Both the position numbers and the translations under genes were made by a program. From Bacteriovoracaceae bacterium (GTDB taxonomy: Bacteria > Bdellovibrionota > Bacteriovoracia > Bacteriovoracales > Bacteriovoracaceae), in the NCBI GenBank assembly GCA_048264885.1, contig JBLXCO010000002.1, forward strand, positions 485,040 through 549,039: 64,000 nt of DNA. The letters are read 5' to 3'. Under the pieces are notes generated by a model. That model worked only from the letters and a program-made list of their open reading frames with translations. It ran no database searches and was not told the origin of the DNA. How positions within the stretch are numbered: position 1 is the stretch's first letter; each line of letters opens with the position of its first letter. Shown here piece after piece: positions 17,786-26,256 of this stretch.

Positions 17786-18528
17786 AACCTAAATTTCTCA
17801 TTCTAGCTGGTGATGGTATTAACTGTGAGCGCGAAAGCGCTCGGGCCATTGAAATGGCGCAGGGACAGTCTCAAATCGTGCATATTAACGATCTAGTGGC
17901 CAATACCAAGATGCTGACTTCTTTTCAAGGACTCTTCATCCCAGGTGGTTTTAGTTTTGGCGATGAGCTTGGAAGTGGGCTTATTTTGGCGACTAAAATC
18001 AAGTATCAACTGGCGCAAGAATTTAGAGAGTTCGTCTCACGCGGTTGTGCTGTGTTGGGAGTTTGTAACGGCTTTCAGGTGCTCACCAAGCTCGGTCTCT
18101 TACCCTTTCCCTTTGAAGTGAGAAGTGCCGCTCTGGCACATAATGAAAGCGGACACTTTATCAACCGTTGGTCTAAACTGGTAGTCAATCCAAAGACGAC
18201 TTGTAAGTGGCTCGAACCTCTACGAGGTGAAAGTCTTGAGTTGCCAGTCAGGCATGGAGAGGGAAGACTTCTCTTTAGCTCGAGTGATGTTCACGCCAAG
18301 GTGAGAGAGCTTGGACTTGATTGTCTGAGCTATAGTGAAGATATCAATGGTTCAACCGATCAAATAGCGGCGCTCACTGATCCTAGCGGAATGATTCTGG
18401 GAATGATGCCTCATCCTGAAGCTTTTCTCACCCAGGCCACTGCGAGAAACCCGGTGAAAGACTATCAGGCCCCAGGAGATGGAGCGAAAATTTTTAAATC
18501 AATGTTAACTTATCTTGGCCAATCATAA
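17782..18528 (+). CDS. purQ: FGAM synthase glutaminase subunit
   Basis: Nucleophile 'GVCNGFQVL' and 'MMPHPE'. ATG 17782 overlaps the purL stop (ATGA), with GAGGTGG upstream. Confidence 0.9.
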   Translation: MKPKFLILAGDGINCERESARAIEMAQGQSQIVHINDLVANTKMLTSFQGLFIPGGFSFGDELGSGLILATKIKYQLAQEFREFVSRGCAVLGVCNGFQVLTKLGLLPFPFEVRSAALAHNESGHFINRWSKLVVNPKTTCKWLEPLRGESLELPVRHGEGRLLFSSSDVHAKVRELGLDCLSYSEDINGSTDQIAALTDPSGMILGMMPHPEAFLTQATARNPVKDYQAPGDGAKIFKSMLTYLGQS

Positions 18529-18538
18529 GGAATTTATC

Positions 18539-20116
18539 GTGAAAACACAGCTTATCCCCTTTAGAAGACTTCTGGTTTCAGTGACCAATAAAGCCCAGCT
18601 ATCGCTTTTGGTGAGTGTTGCCAAGAAATTTAATATCGAACTTATCGCTAGTGGCGGCAGTGAGAAAGAACTCATTAACCATGGCGCTCATGTCACGACG
18701 GTTCAGTCGATCACTGGCAACCCTGAGGCCTTTGGTGGACGCATGAAAACTTTGAGTTTTCAAATTAGCAGCGCCCTTTTATACCGTCGTGGTCATGAGC
18801 AAGATGAAAAGGAAGCACGCGAGCTAGGAATTGAGCCTATTGATGGAGTGAGCTGTAATTTTTATCCCTTCTTTCGTGTGGCCAGAGAGCAATCTGAGGA
18901 CGCGAACCTGATCGAGAATATCGATATTGGTGGCCCCTCGATGGTTCGCGCAGCCGCTAAGAATTTTGATTCAGTGGTTGTGATGACTGATCCAAGTGAC
19001 TATGAGGCGCTGGCCCGTGAACTTGAAGAGTGTGGTGGTTCAACTTCTAGAGAGTTTCGCCAGGCCCTGGCACTCAAGGCCTTTCGCTATACTGCTGAAT
19101 ATGAATCTGTGATCGCCGAGACGCTCAGTGTTCGCTGGAAGGCCGATGAGCCTTTTATGCTCGCAACTCCAGGGCATGCCAAGACTCTACGCTATGGTGA
19201 AAATCCGCATCAAAAGGCTTGGGTCTATGCTCATCCGCTAGTTGATGGTCTTGCCGGTGCTGTGCCACTACAGGGAAAAGAGCTTAGTTACAATAATCTG
19301 CTCGACGCCGATGCTGCTTTTAGATCTTGTTATGATCTTCATCAGCTCACTAGGGGCAAGCGCAGCACTGTGACTATTATCAAACACCTCAATCCCTGTG
19401 GGGCCGCAATCGCTGACGATGCACTTAGCGCACTTAAGCTCGCTTGGAGTGGGGATCCAGTGAGTAGCTTTGGAGGTATCATCGCTTTTAATACCCCCGT
19501 TGATAAGGCGGTGGCCCAATACCTCAGTGAAAACTTCATTGAGGTTGTGATTGCCCCCTCATTCACCTCTGAAGCACAGTCAATTATGAGTGCTAAGAAA
19601 AATGTCCGTTTGCTTACGCGCAACTTTGAGCGTGCGCCAGATTCAATGATGGTTCGAAGTATTGACGGTGGTATGCTAGTTCAAGGAGAGGATACTTCTT
19701 TTGCCTCTCTGGCCCGCGATACAACTTCTTCAAAACTTCCTGAGCATTGGATTAATTACGCCAGTCACGCCATTGCTGTAACAAAACATCTGCGAAGTAA
19801 TGCCATCGCTCTTTTTGAATTAAATGGCGATAATTTCAGGCTTGTGGGCGCTGGTATGGGTAATCCCAATCGCCTGGTGAGTATTGAACAAGCCGCTAAT
19901 AAGGCGCGTGAAAATGGAGTGAGTGATTTCTCGGAGCTTTTACTCGTGAGCGACGCTTTCTTTCCCTTTAGCGACAGTATTGAGATGATGGCCAAGTATG
20001 GAATTCGCTACATTATAGAGCCCGGTGGAAGCATGCGCGACGCTGAAGTGGTGGCCGCGGCCGAATCCCATGGTCTGTCACTGCTCTTTACTGGTGAGAG
20101 ACACTTTAGACATTAG
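18539..20116 (+). CDS. purH: Bifunctional AICAR transformylase / IMP cyclohydrolase
   Basis: 'LVSVTNK', 'YGENPHQ' and 'IKHLNPCG'. GTG at 18539 with AAGGAA 7 nt upstream; the track start at 18515 is also possible. Confidence 0.9.
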   Translation: MKTQLIPFRRLLVSVTNKAQLSLLVSVAKKFNIELIASGGSEKELINHGAHVTTVQSITGNPEAFGGRMKTLSFQISSALLYRRGHEQDEKEARELGIEPIDGVSCNFYPFFRVAREQSEDANLIENIDIGGPSMVRAAAKNFDSVVVMTDPSDYEALARELEECGGSTSREFRQALALKAFRYTAEYESVIAETLSVRWKADEPFMLATPGHAKTLRYGENPHQKAWVYAHPLVDGLAGAVPLQGKELSYNNLLDADAAFRSCYDLHQLTRGKRSTVTIIKHLNPCGAAIADDALSALKLAWSGDPVSSFGGIIAFNTPVDKAVAQYLSENFIEVVIAPSFTSEAQSIMSAKKNVRLLTRNFERAPDSMMVRSIDGGMLVQGEDTSFASLARDTTSSKLPEHWINYASHAIAVTKHLRSNAIALFELNGDNFRLVGAGMGNPNRLVSIEQAANKARENGVSDFSELLLVSDAFFPFSDSIEMMAKYGIRYIIEPGGSMRDAEVVAAAESHGLSLLFTGERHFRH

Positions 20117-20124
20117 GAGTTGTT

Positions 20125-21126
20125 ATGAGCATGAGTTATAAAGATGCCGGTGTAGATATTGAAAAAGGTGACGAATTCGTCGAGCGCATTAAGGCAAAGG
20201 TCGCGCGCACTTATGGAAAGCGCGTTGTCAGTGGAGTCGGGGGGTTTGCCTGTCTCTATGATATGGGCGATCGTCTGTTGGCGGCCGGAACGGATGGAGT
20301 TGGAACAAAGCTCAAAATCGCTTTTGAACTTAACCGCCATGAGACTATAGGAATTGATTTAGTTGCGATGTGTGTGAATGATGTCCTCTGCACGGGAGCG
20401 ACTCCGCTCTTTTTTATGGATTATCTCGCTTGTGGCGCCCTTGAGCTCGAAACCAGTGAGGCCGTTATTGACGGAGTGGTTGAGGGGTGCCTGCAAAGTG
20501 AATGCGCATTGATCGGTGGTGAAACCGCAGAAATGCCCGGCTTCTACGCCCCAGGGGAATATGACATTGCTGGCTTTGCTGTAGGTGAAGTCAAAAAAGA
20601 AGATCTCCTTGGTGGTGAGCTCGTTAGGCCAGGTCAGGGCCTGGTGGGAATTGCTTCAAGTGGTGTACACTCAAATGGACTGTCGCTAGTGCGAAAGCTA
20701 ATTACTAAAGAGGATGGAGAACTCTATCTGGAAGCTCTGCGCCCCACGCGCATTTATCACAAACTCGTTAAAGATATAAAAAGTTCTGGGATCTTCATTA
20801 GTGGTATGGCCCACATCACCGGTGGAGGTCTCTCTAATATTGCTCGAATGAATCCTGAGCTAGACTACAAGATCACACGTCTTCCCACTGAGAGTGAGCG
20901 TCCCCAGATTTTTAACACTCTTGCCAAACGCTCTGGACTTGCCGCCCAAGACTTGTATCAAACTTGGAATATGGGGCTAGGCTTAGTGATTGCCACCGAC
21001 CGGGCCAGTGAATTGGTAGAGTTCTTAAAAACTAAGTGTGGTGAAGAGGCTTATCTCTTAGGTGAGATCACAACAGGCAGTGGACAAGTGCTTGTCTCAA
21101 CAGAGCAGGAGAATTTTATCCTCTGA
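20125..21126 (+). CDS. purM: Phosphoribosylformylglycinamidine cyclo-ligase (AIR synthetase)
   Basis: 'YKDAGVDI', 'GGFA', 'TDGVGTK' and 'GGETAEMPG'. GGAG upstream. Confidence 0.95.
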   Translation: MSMSYKDAGVDIEKGDEFVERIKAKVARTYGKRVVSGVGGFACLYDMGDRLLAAGTDGVGTKLKIAFELNRHETIGIDLVAMCVNDVLCTGATPLFFMDYLACGALELETSEAVIDGVVEGCLQSECALIGGETAEMPGFYAPGEYDIAGFAVGEVKKEDLLGGELVRPGQGLVGIASSGVHSNGLSLVRKLITKEDGELYLEALRPTRIYHKLVKDIKSSGIFISGMAHITGGGLSNIARMNPELDYKITRLPTESERPQIFNTLAKRSGLAAQDLYQTWNMGLGLVIATDRASELVEFLKTKCGEEAYLLGEITTGSGQVLVSTEQENFIL

Positions 21127-21128
21127 TA

Positions 21129-21650
21129 TTATTCTGAATAAGTATTACTCGTGTGAGGAAGTGGGCCATGAAACTCTGCTAGCTTGGCGCTACAACTGAG
21201 GGTTTGCCACTTCTTTTCACACGCAATATCTTCAACTTCTCGGCCTCCGGTAAATGAGCGCAAAGCCTCTTTTGTCTGTTCATCGAGTACGAGCTCTAGC
21301 TCATCCACTTTCTGATCAATTTTGGTTTTCTTGAAAGGGATTTTTAAGTGCATGATTTCTGTCTTTGTAGGGCCTTGATTCATCTCTCTAAAGAGGTGAA
21401 GGCCGTCATCTTTGACAATGGCATTGGCCAGAATTTTGGGTTTTTCACCGGCAATGAGTTCACTCTTTAACTCATACACTCCCCAGATCCTCTTTATTCT
21501 TCCAAAATTTAATTCCCAGCGGTTGGGGTCTGGTTGCTGGGTACTTGCAGGCGTGCGTCCCACATTAAAATGTAGCCCCTTATGCATGACATAGGAGAGT
21601 CCAAGCGCCAGAGTGAGAATCAGAATGTGTATGTGGCGATAGAAAAACAT
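21129..21650 (-). CDS. Hypothetical membrane-anchored/secreted protein
   Basis: N-terminal hydrophobic helix 'ILILTLALGLSYV'. No family recognised. Convergent with purM, 2-bp gap. Confidence 0.5.
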   Translation of the reverse strand: MFFYRHIHILILTLALGLSYVMHKGLHFNVGRTPASTQQPDPNRWELNFGRIKRIWGVYELKSELIAGEKPKILANAIVKDDGLHLFREMNQGPTKTEIMHLKIPFKKTKIDQKVDELELVLDEQTKEALRSFTGGREVEDIACEKKWQTLSCSAKLAEFHGPLPHTSNTYSE

Positions 21651-21902
21651 AAGCTATTATAGTGCGAAAGACAGGCCAGGAACATTGTCTGTTATCTAAC
21701 ACTTAGATGCTCGCTCACTGTCTAAAGAATAGACAAGCATTCATCTAGGTCACGCTATGGCCCTTCAGCGGTGTTTAATTCTCAGACATCTCTGTAAATT
21801 TATCGGTCTTTGTCGTTTGCCGCAGAGGAACGACTAAGATGTTATCAATCAATAGATTCATTTGAACTTTGCCTATGTGCTTATTTCTCTTTTGGAGACG
21901 TT

Positions 21903-23081
21903 ATGAAATTCTACCTTCCTTGGGGACTTTTCGCTGCCCTTATTACGACTCACGTCAGTGCCGCCGGTACATTAGACGTCTATGCATATCCGCCAACGTC
22001 TCCACTTGATTGGTCGACTCCCAGGTCAACTCTTAAGAGTTTTCTAAAGAATTATCTGGCAGGCGTGGTCGGTGAGAGTTTCACCGTTAAGGGTCGTGAT
22101 GACTTTAATGAGGAATTTAGTCTCGATTCTAACTATCGCTCTTCGATGGGACATACGATCGGACATATCTCTTGCACACTCAGTAATGGGCAGAAGTATC
22201 AGCGCTGGAGTAGCTTTTCCGGGCAAGACTTTAGAGAGGTCGATAAAGAAATCGTTTTTAAAAAGAAACTGGGTCTTGGCTCACTTTTTTATGACTTTGA
22301 AGATGGCCACATCATTAGTGGCGACGAAAATATCATGCGTCTGACTTACTTAAAAGGCAGGCACGTGAAGGATTCCAATGGACGGCGTGTGCGTGAAAAA
22401 CCGCGCTATATTCGGATGCAGATTAACCAAGAGCAATGTGATGACCTCAAGCAGATGGTCGACTTTTTTGAGGGTTTTCACTTTCCTAAAGGTGCGCAGC
22501 TTGCTGAGCTTAAAAAAAGAGACCCTCGCGATGTCCTCTACTTCACCAATAATATGGACCCCTATGAAAGTTATATAAATCGCCAGCAAAGTGAATGGGC
22601 CAAAGTTGGCGGCGGGTGCGCTCCTTATGGAGTTGCGATGATGAAAGTGATAGGTTTCTATCCCGAAGAGCTCGATGCCACTTTCAAGCTCAATATTCCT
22701 GTCTCCTATAAAATCATTGGTAATGAGCACGGGCATGAAGTGAGTATGTCCTCCATTATTTTTGGTAAGAACGGCAGTTCCTGGACTTTTAAAGGCCATA
22801 AAAATCGCTTTTTTAATCAATATGACCCAAAGCTCATTTGGGACTTAATTGGTGAGGTGCGTGCTTGTCTTGGACGCACTGACTATCAAGGTGAAAAATG
22901 CACCGATAGTGCCCGCAAGTTTATGAATCAATATGACTTTAAGGTTTCACTTGCTCCGACGCAGAACTTTTCACATCAGACGCGCACCTATCAATGGGTC
23001 GATGATGGCGATCGTCGCAGACGCGAAAAGGTGAGTGTGACCACTACTAGTGAGGCCACGGGAATTGAATTAGTTAAGTAA
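21903..23081 (+). CDS. Secreted hypothetical protein (about 392 aa)
   Basis: ATG 21903 preceded by TTGGAG. Signal peptide 'MKFYLPWGLFAALITTHVSA'. No family recognised. Confidence 0.65.
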   Translation: MKFYLPWGLFAALITTHVSAAGTLDVYAYPPTSPLDWSTPRSTLKSFLKNYLAGVVGESFTVKGRDDFNEEFSLDSNYRSSMGHTIGHISCTLSNGQKYQRWSSFSGQDFREVDKEIVFKKKLGLGSLFYDFEDGHIISGDENIMRLTYLKGRHVKDSNGRRVREKPRYIRMQINQEQCDDLKQMVDFFEGFHFPKGAQLAELKKRDPRDVLYFTNNMDPYESYINRQQSEWAKVGGGCAPYGVAMMKVIGFYPEELDATFKLNIPVSYKIIGNEHGHEVSMSSIIFGKNGSSWTFKGHKNRFFNQYDPKLIWDLIGEVRACLGRTDYQGEKCTDSARKFMNQYDFKVSLAPTQNFSHQTRTYQWVDDGDRRRREKVSVTTTSEATGIELVK

Positions 23082-23996
23082 TTTGATTTGATAGCTCTTG
23101 TGTATCGATGAGTTCTTAAAGTCCTGTGGAATACTTTGAGAACTCGTCTCTCTAACTTGAAAAGATTCCATCACTTTATGACTGAGCTTAAATTTTTTCT
23201 TATTGGTGGAAAAGAGTAGGAGTCCATCCTTTGTCAGCCACTTTGTCGTCTCAGTAATGAGCTGTTCGTGATCTTTGACGATATCAAAATCGCTCTGCAT
23301 TCTCTTTGAGTTTGAAAATGTTGGCGGGTCAAGAAAGATGAGATCAAACCGCTCATTTGGTTTTTCACTGATAAAGTCAAGGCATGATCCCGCTAGAAAT
23401 TGGTGTTCACCGGGATTGAGACCATTGAGGCGATAGTTTTCCATTCCCCAATCGAGATATGTATGAGAGAGGTCTACATTGGTGGTCTTGGCCCCTGAAA
23501 GAGCGGCCGCTACTCCCACTGAGCAGGTGTAGCTAAAGAGGTTGAGCATCTTCTTTGGCCGCAGCTGCTTTTCAATGAGGTCTCGCTGAGTGCGCATGTC
23601 AAGAAAGAGTCCAGTGTCGACATAATCCCATAGATTACATAGATAGCGGCGCTCGCCCTCAGTGATTTCAATGAATTCATCTTTTCGAGAGATTTTGTGA
23701 TAGCGATCATCTCGCTTTTGAACCTTTCGCTCTTTCCAGATGAGGTCACTCTCGTTGAGAGCGAAAATATCAATAATCTCGACTTTAAGAATTTCAACTT
23801 TCGCAAGCAGCGCTTGATCGCGCTCGGGGTCAAGCTTATTCCACACCACAAAGTAGGGCCCATAGCAATCCACGATAAAGGGATACTCGGGAATATCATG
23901 ATGGTAGAGGCGATAGGCATCAATATTATTTTTTCGCGCCCACTTTGAGCGGTGGGAGTAATTTTTCTTTAAGCGATTTAAGAAGGCTTCTCTCAT
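23070..23996 (-). CDS. Class I SAM-dependent rRNA methyltransferase, RlmK-like (resembles the C-terminal half of RlmKL)
   Basis: N-terminal 'FLNRLKKNYSHRSKWARKNNIDAYRLYHHDIPEYPFIVDCY', then 'LNLFSYTCSVGVAAA' and 'DLIFLDPPTFSNSK'. ATG 23996 overlaps the upstream stop (ATGA). Confidence 0.7.
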   Translation of the reverse strand: MREAFLNRLKKNYSHRSKWARKNNIDAYRLYHHDIPEYPFIVDCYGPYFVVWNKLDPERDQALLAKVEILKVEIIDIFALNESDLIWKERKVQKRDDRYHKISRKDEFIEITEGERRYLCNLWDYVDTGLFLDMRTQRDLIEKQLRPKKMLNLFSYTCSVGVAAALSGAKTTNVDLSHTYLDWGMENYRLNGLNPGEHQFLAGSCLDFISEKPNERFDLIFLDPPTFSNSKRMQSDFDIVKDHEQLITETTKWLTKDGLLLFSTNKKKFKLSHKVMESFQVRETSSQSIPQDFKNSSIHKSYQIKLLN

Positions 23997-25120
23997 TGGG
24001 CGGTAATTCCAATCACGTGATTGGCCAGTCGTTCGGCCCATTCGTATTCACGTAGGATAATGGGCGCCACCAAGTGTTCCTCTTCTCCCTCTGTCGTTGG
24101 ATCATAGTCATAAAGAGGTAGACTTGAGTCGGGGTAGAGAGAGTCTCTCACATAAAAGACTCCTTTGCCGCGACACCCGCCGCGCTTATTCATTTCTACT
24201 CTCACTTCAAGAGCTCGGCGCTCATCACGACGGGCCTTTGAGAGCAGGCGACGTTTTTCATCAGGGTCTTGTGTTTGCTCTGCAAGAGTCCTAGATTCCT
24301 GAGCCTTTTTAAGGAGGGTATCTGTGAAAGTTGTCGTGAACTCACAATTCTCACTCGAGACATGGTCGTTATAGCCCACAACCATGACCGCATGCCAGAA
24401 GGCGTGATGATTATAGATCACAATGAGGGGTGCTTCATATTTATCAAACCACTCTTTCATGAGCTCAACGATATTGTCGGGTGTGCTGTTGACCGCCCAC
24501 TGACTGCCTTGTGGATCGGCATGCAAAACTGTGCGCGAGAAGTGGGGCATAGGAATTGGCGCGCCACTGAGATGATCTAGTCCAATAATCCAATTGGCCG
24601 CTGGTCCGTAGTAAGCGCCTGGCGTATTTGGTCCTGCGAAAACGCGATCACCACTTTGATCATAGCTATACCAGGCCTTCATAAAAGGAAAGTCTGCGTT
24701 TCTCATCATTTGGGTGGTGGAATTGAGGCGATAGATGGTGTCTGTGCGCCAATCACTGATCAGCTCATCACCAATGCCCGCCTTAGAGAGATTCATAAAG
24801 TAGCGCTCAGATAAATCGATCTTTTGGCCTTGACCCAGCTTGGAGAGCCACCACTCGGCCACAGCGGTGTGGGACATAAAGAGGCACGAGCCAGCATTAT
24901 CTTGGTAGGGCGAGGGCATCACATAGGGCAGGAGTTTATTCATGCCTCCAGCATAAGAAAGTGGGCCCGGGCGCATGGCCTTACTCATTGATGGTATTTC
25001 ACCTTCGACTTCAGGGTTTTCAGCAAATTTAAGTCCCTTAAGATAAATTTGGCCGCTTGTGGCGCTAAGAGTGGTGCTGAAAATTAAGCCCGTAATAAGG
25101 CTAAGTATTCGAATATACAT
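23993..25120 (-). CDS. Secreted papain-like (C1-like) cysteine peptidase
   Basis: Signal peptide 'MYIRILSLITGLIFSTTLSA'. In 'YQDNAGSCLFMS' the Gln lies 6 residues before the Cys, as in papain. The His motif is 'WHAVMVVGYND'. ATG 25120 has GGAG 7 nt upstream; the track start is 25144. Confidence 0.6.
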   Translation of the reverse strand: MYIRILSLITGLIFSTTLSATSGQIYLKGLKFAENPEVEGEIPSMSKAMRPGPLSYAGGMNKLLPYVMPSPYQDNAGSCLFMSHTAVAEWWLSKLGQGQKIDLSERYFMNLSKAGIGDELISDWRTDTIYRLNSTTQMMRNADFPFMKAWYSYDQSGDRVFAGPNTPGAYYGPAANWIIGLDHLSGAPIPMPHFSRTVLHADPQGSQWAVNSTPDNIVELMKEWFDKYEAPLIVIYNHHAFWHAVMVVGYNDHVSSENCEFTTTFTDTLLKKAQESRTLAEQTQDPDEKRRLLSKARRDERRALEVRVEMNKRGGCRGKGVFYVRDSLYPDSSLPLYDYDPTTEGEEEHLVAPIILREYEWAERLANHVIGITAQ

Positions 25121-25261
25121 AATCGCTCCGGTTTTTTTGGCCATCCATTACATGCTTTTTTGAGGGGTTAGTCAGGACGCAATGAGTTGATTTATTTGCT
25201 CAAGTATAGCGACGTTACGGCCGATAAGTGGGATCAGGAACCACTCAAAAGGATAGAGAAA

Positions 25262-26233
25262 ATGACCATGAAACGACTTCGACCGCTAGCGATGGCAGTC
25301 TCGCTAGCCGCTTTTATTGCTGCTGCCCCAGGGGTGCACGCCGCTGGTGTGATGCATGCACTCGTTCATTCCTCCTCTCAATTAGAAGAGTTGCTTTTGC
25401 GCAAGGGATTTAATTCCTCACAAGCAAGTTCACTGATTGCTTCACGAGCAGAAGTCCTGCGCTCGCTGGGAGGTGAGGGAGAGATCTTAAGTGGGGGGGT
25501 TCTTTATCAACGTCTGGCCGCGCTTAAAGTTGAAGGCAATCGCGACGCTAAGATTCAAAGGCAAATGTTGAGATTGCTCGCTAATGATGATTCAAAGCTT
25601 AATCAAAAACAATTGGGCACGCTCTTTAATCAAATGATTTATCTTTCAAATCGCTACGGCACTTCAGCGTCCGCGGTGATGGTTTGCTCTCAGTGTGTGG
25701 ACACAGAGCTCGCGCGCTCGGGAGTTCATTTTGCGCTTGGAAGTATTGTCGGGCCAGCAAATAAAAAAGCACTCGAGCTGATTCCCAATCGCCCCAGTGA
25801 TTTAAAGCGATATCTTGGTAGGGAACTAAAGGCCGCAGGTCTAGGTGATTATTCGCGCGTTTCAAGTCGCTTTGTAAGGCCCGAAGAAGAGCGCTCCTTT
25901 GCTCTTTTTCTCTCGATGAGAAATTCCGCTGATGAGGCCAGTCGTGAACTCTATGGCCAAATCATCAAGCTCTCAACTGATCAAAAAACTAAAAAAGTTG
26001 ACCTCTTTAATCCCAACGACACTCATAAACTTTGGAAGATCTTCTCTGATGACCCCAATAGTGCAGAGAAAAAGTCATGGACTTCTTTATTAAAAGAAGT
26101 AGAGCAGGCGCGCGAGGACGGGGAGAGTCTCGAGCGGGCGTTTTATAGTGTGCTTGAAAAGCGTGCTCGAAGTGATGAATCGCTGGCCGATGAGCTCGAG
26201 ATTCTTAAAGAGAAAAATTGTTATTTTAGATAA
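25262..26233 (+). CDS. Secreted hypothetical protein, probably helical
   Basis: Signal peptide 'MKRLRPLAMAVSLAAFIAAAPGVHA'. Lies 23 bp upstream of the amidoligase-like gene. No family recognised. Confidence 0.6.
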   Translation: MTMKRLRPLAMAVSLAAFIAAAPGVHAAGVMHALVHSSSQLEELLLRKGFNSSQASSLIASRAEVLRSLGGEGEILSGGVLYQRLAALKVEGNRDAKIQRQMLRLLANDDSKLNQKQLGTLFNQMIYLSNRYGTSASAVMVCSQCVDTELARSGVHFALGSIVGPANKKALELIPNRPSDLKRYLGRELKAAGLGDYSRVSSRFVRPEEERSFALFLSMRNSADEASRELYGQIIKLSTDQKTKKVDLFNPNDTHKLWKIFSDDPNSAEKKSWTSLLKEVEQAREDGESLERAFYSVLEKRARSDESLADELEILKEKNCYFR

Positions 26234-26256
26234 TTATATTTTCGAAGGTGTTTAGA

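Noticed and set aside
21668-21734. Two inverted repeats sharing the half-site TGTCT/AGACA (AGACA-N12-TGTCT and TGTCT-N7-AGACA) upstream of the 392-aa secreted orphan
   Set aside because: The arms are only 5 bp and the spacing is inconsistent. Such matches are expected by chance in a 250-bp region.
25493-25499. Homopolymeric G tract (AGT GGG GGG GTT) in the gene upstream of the amidoligase-like gene, and a C7 tract near 38016, as possible phase-variation switches
   Set aside because: Runs of 7 are expected several times by chance in 64 kb at about 50% GC. They are shorter than the tracts that usually drive slipped-strand phase variation.
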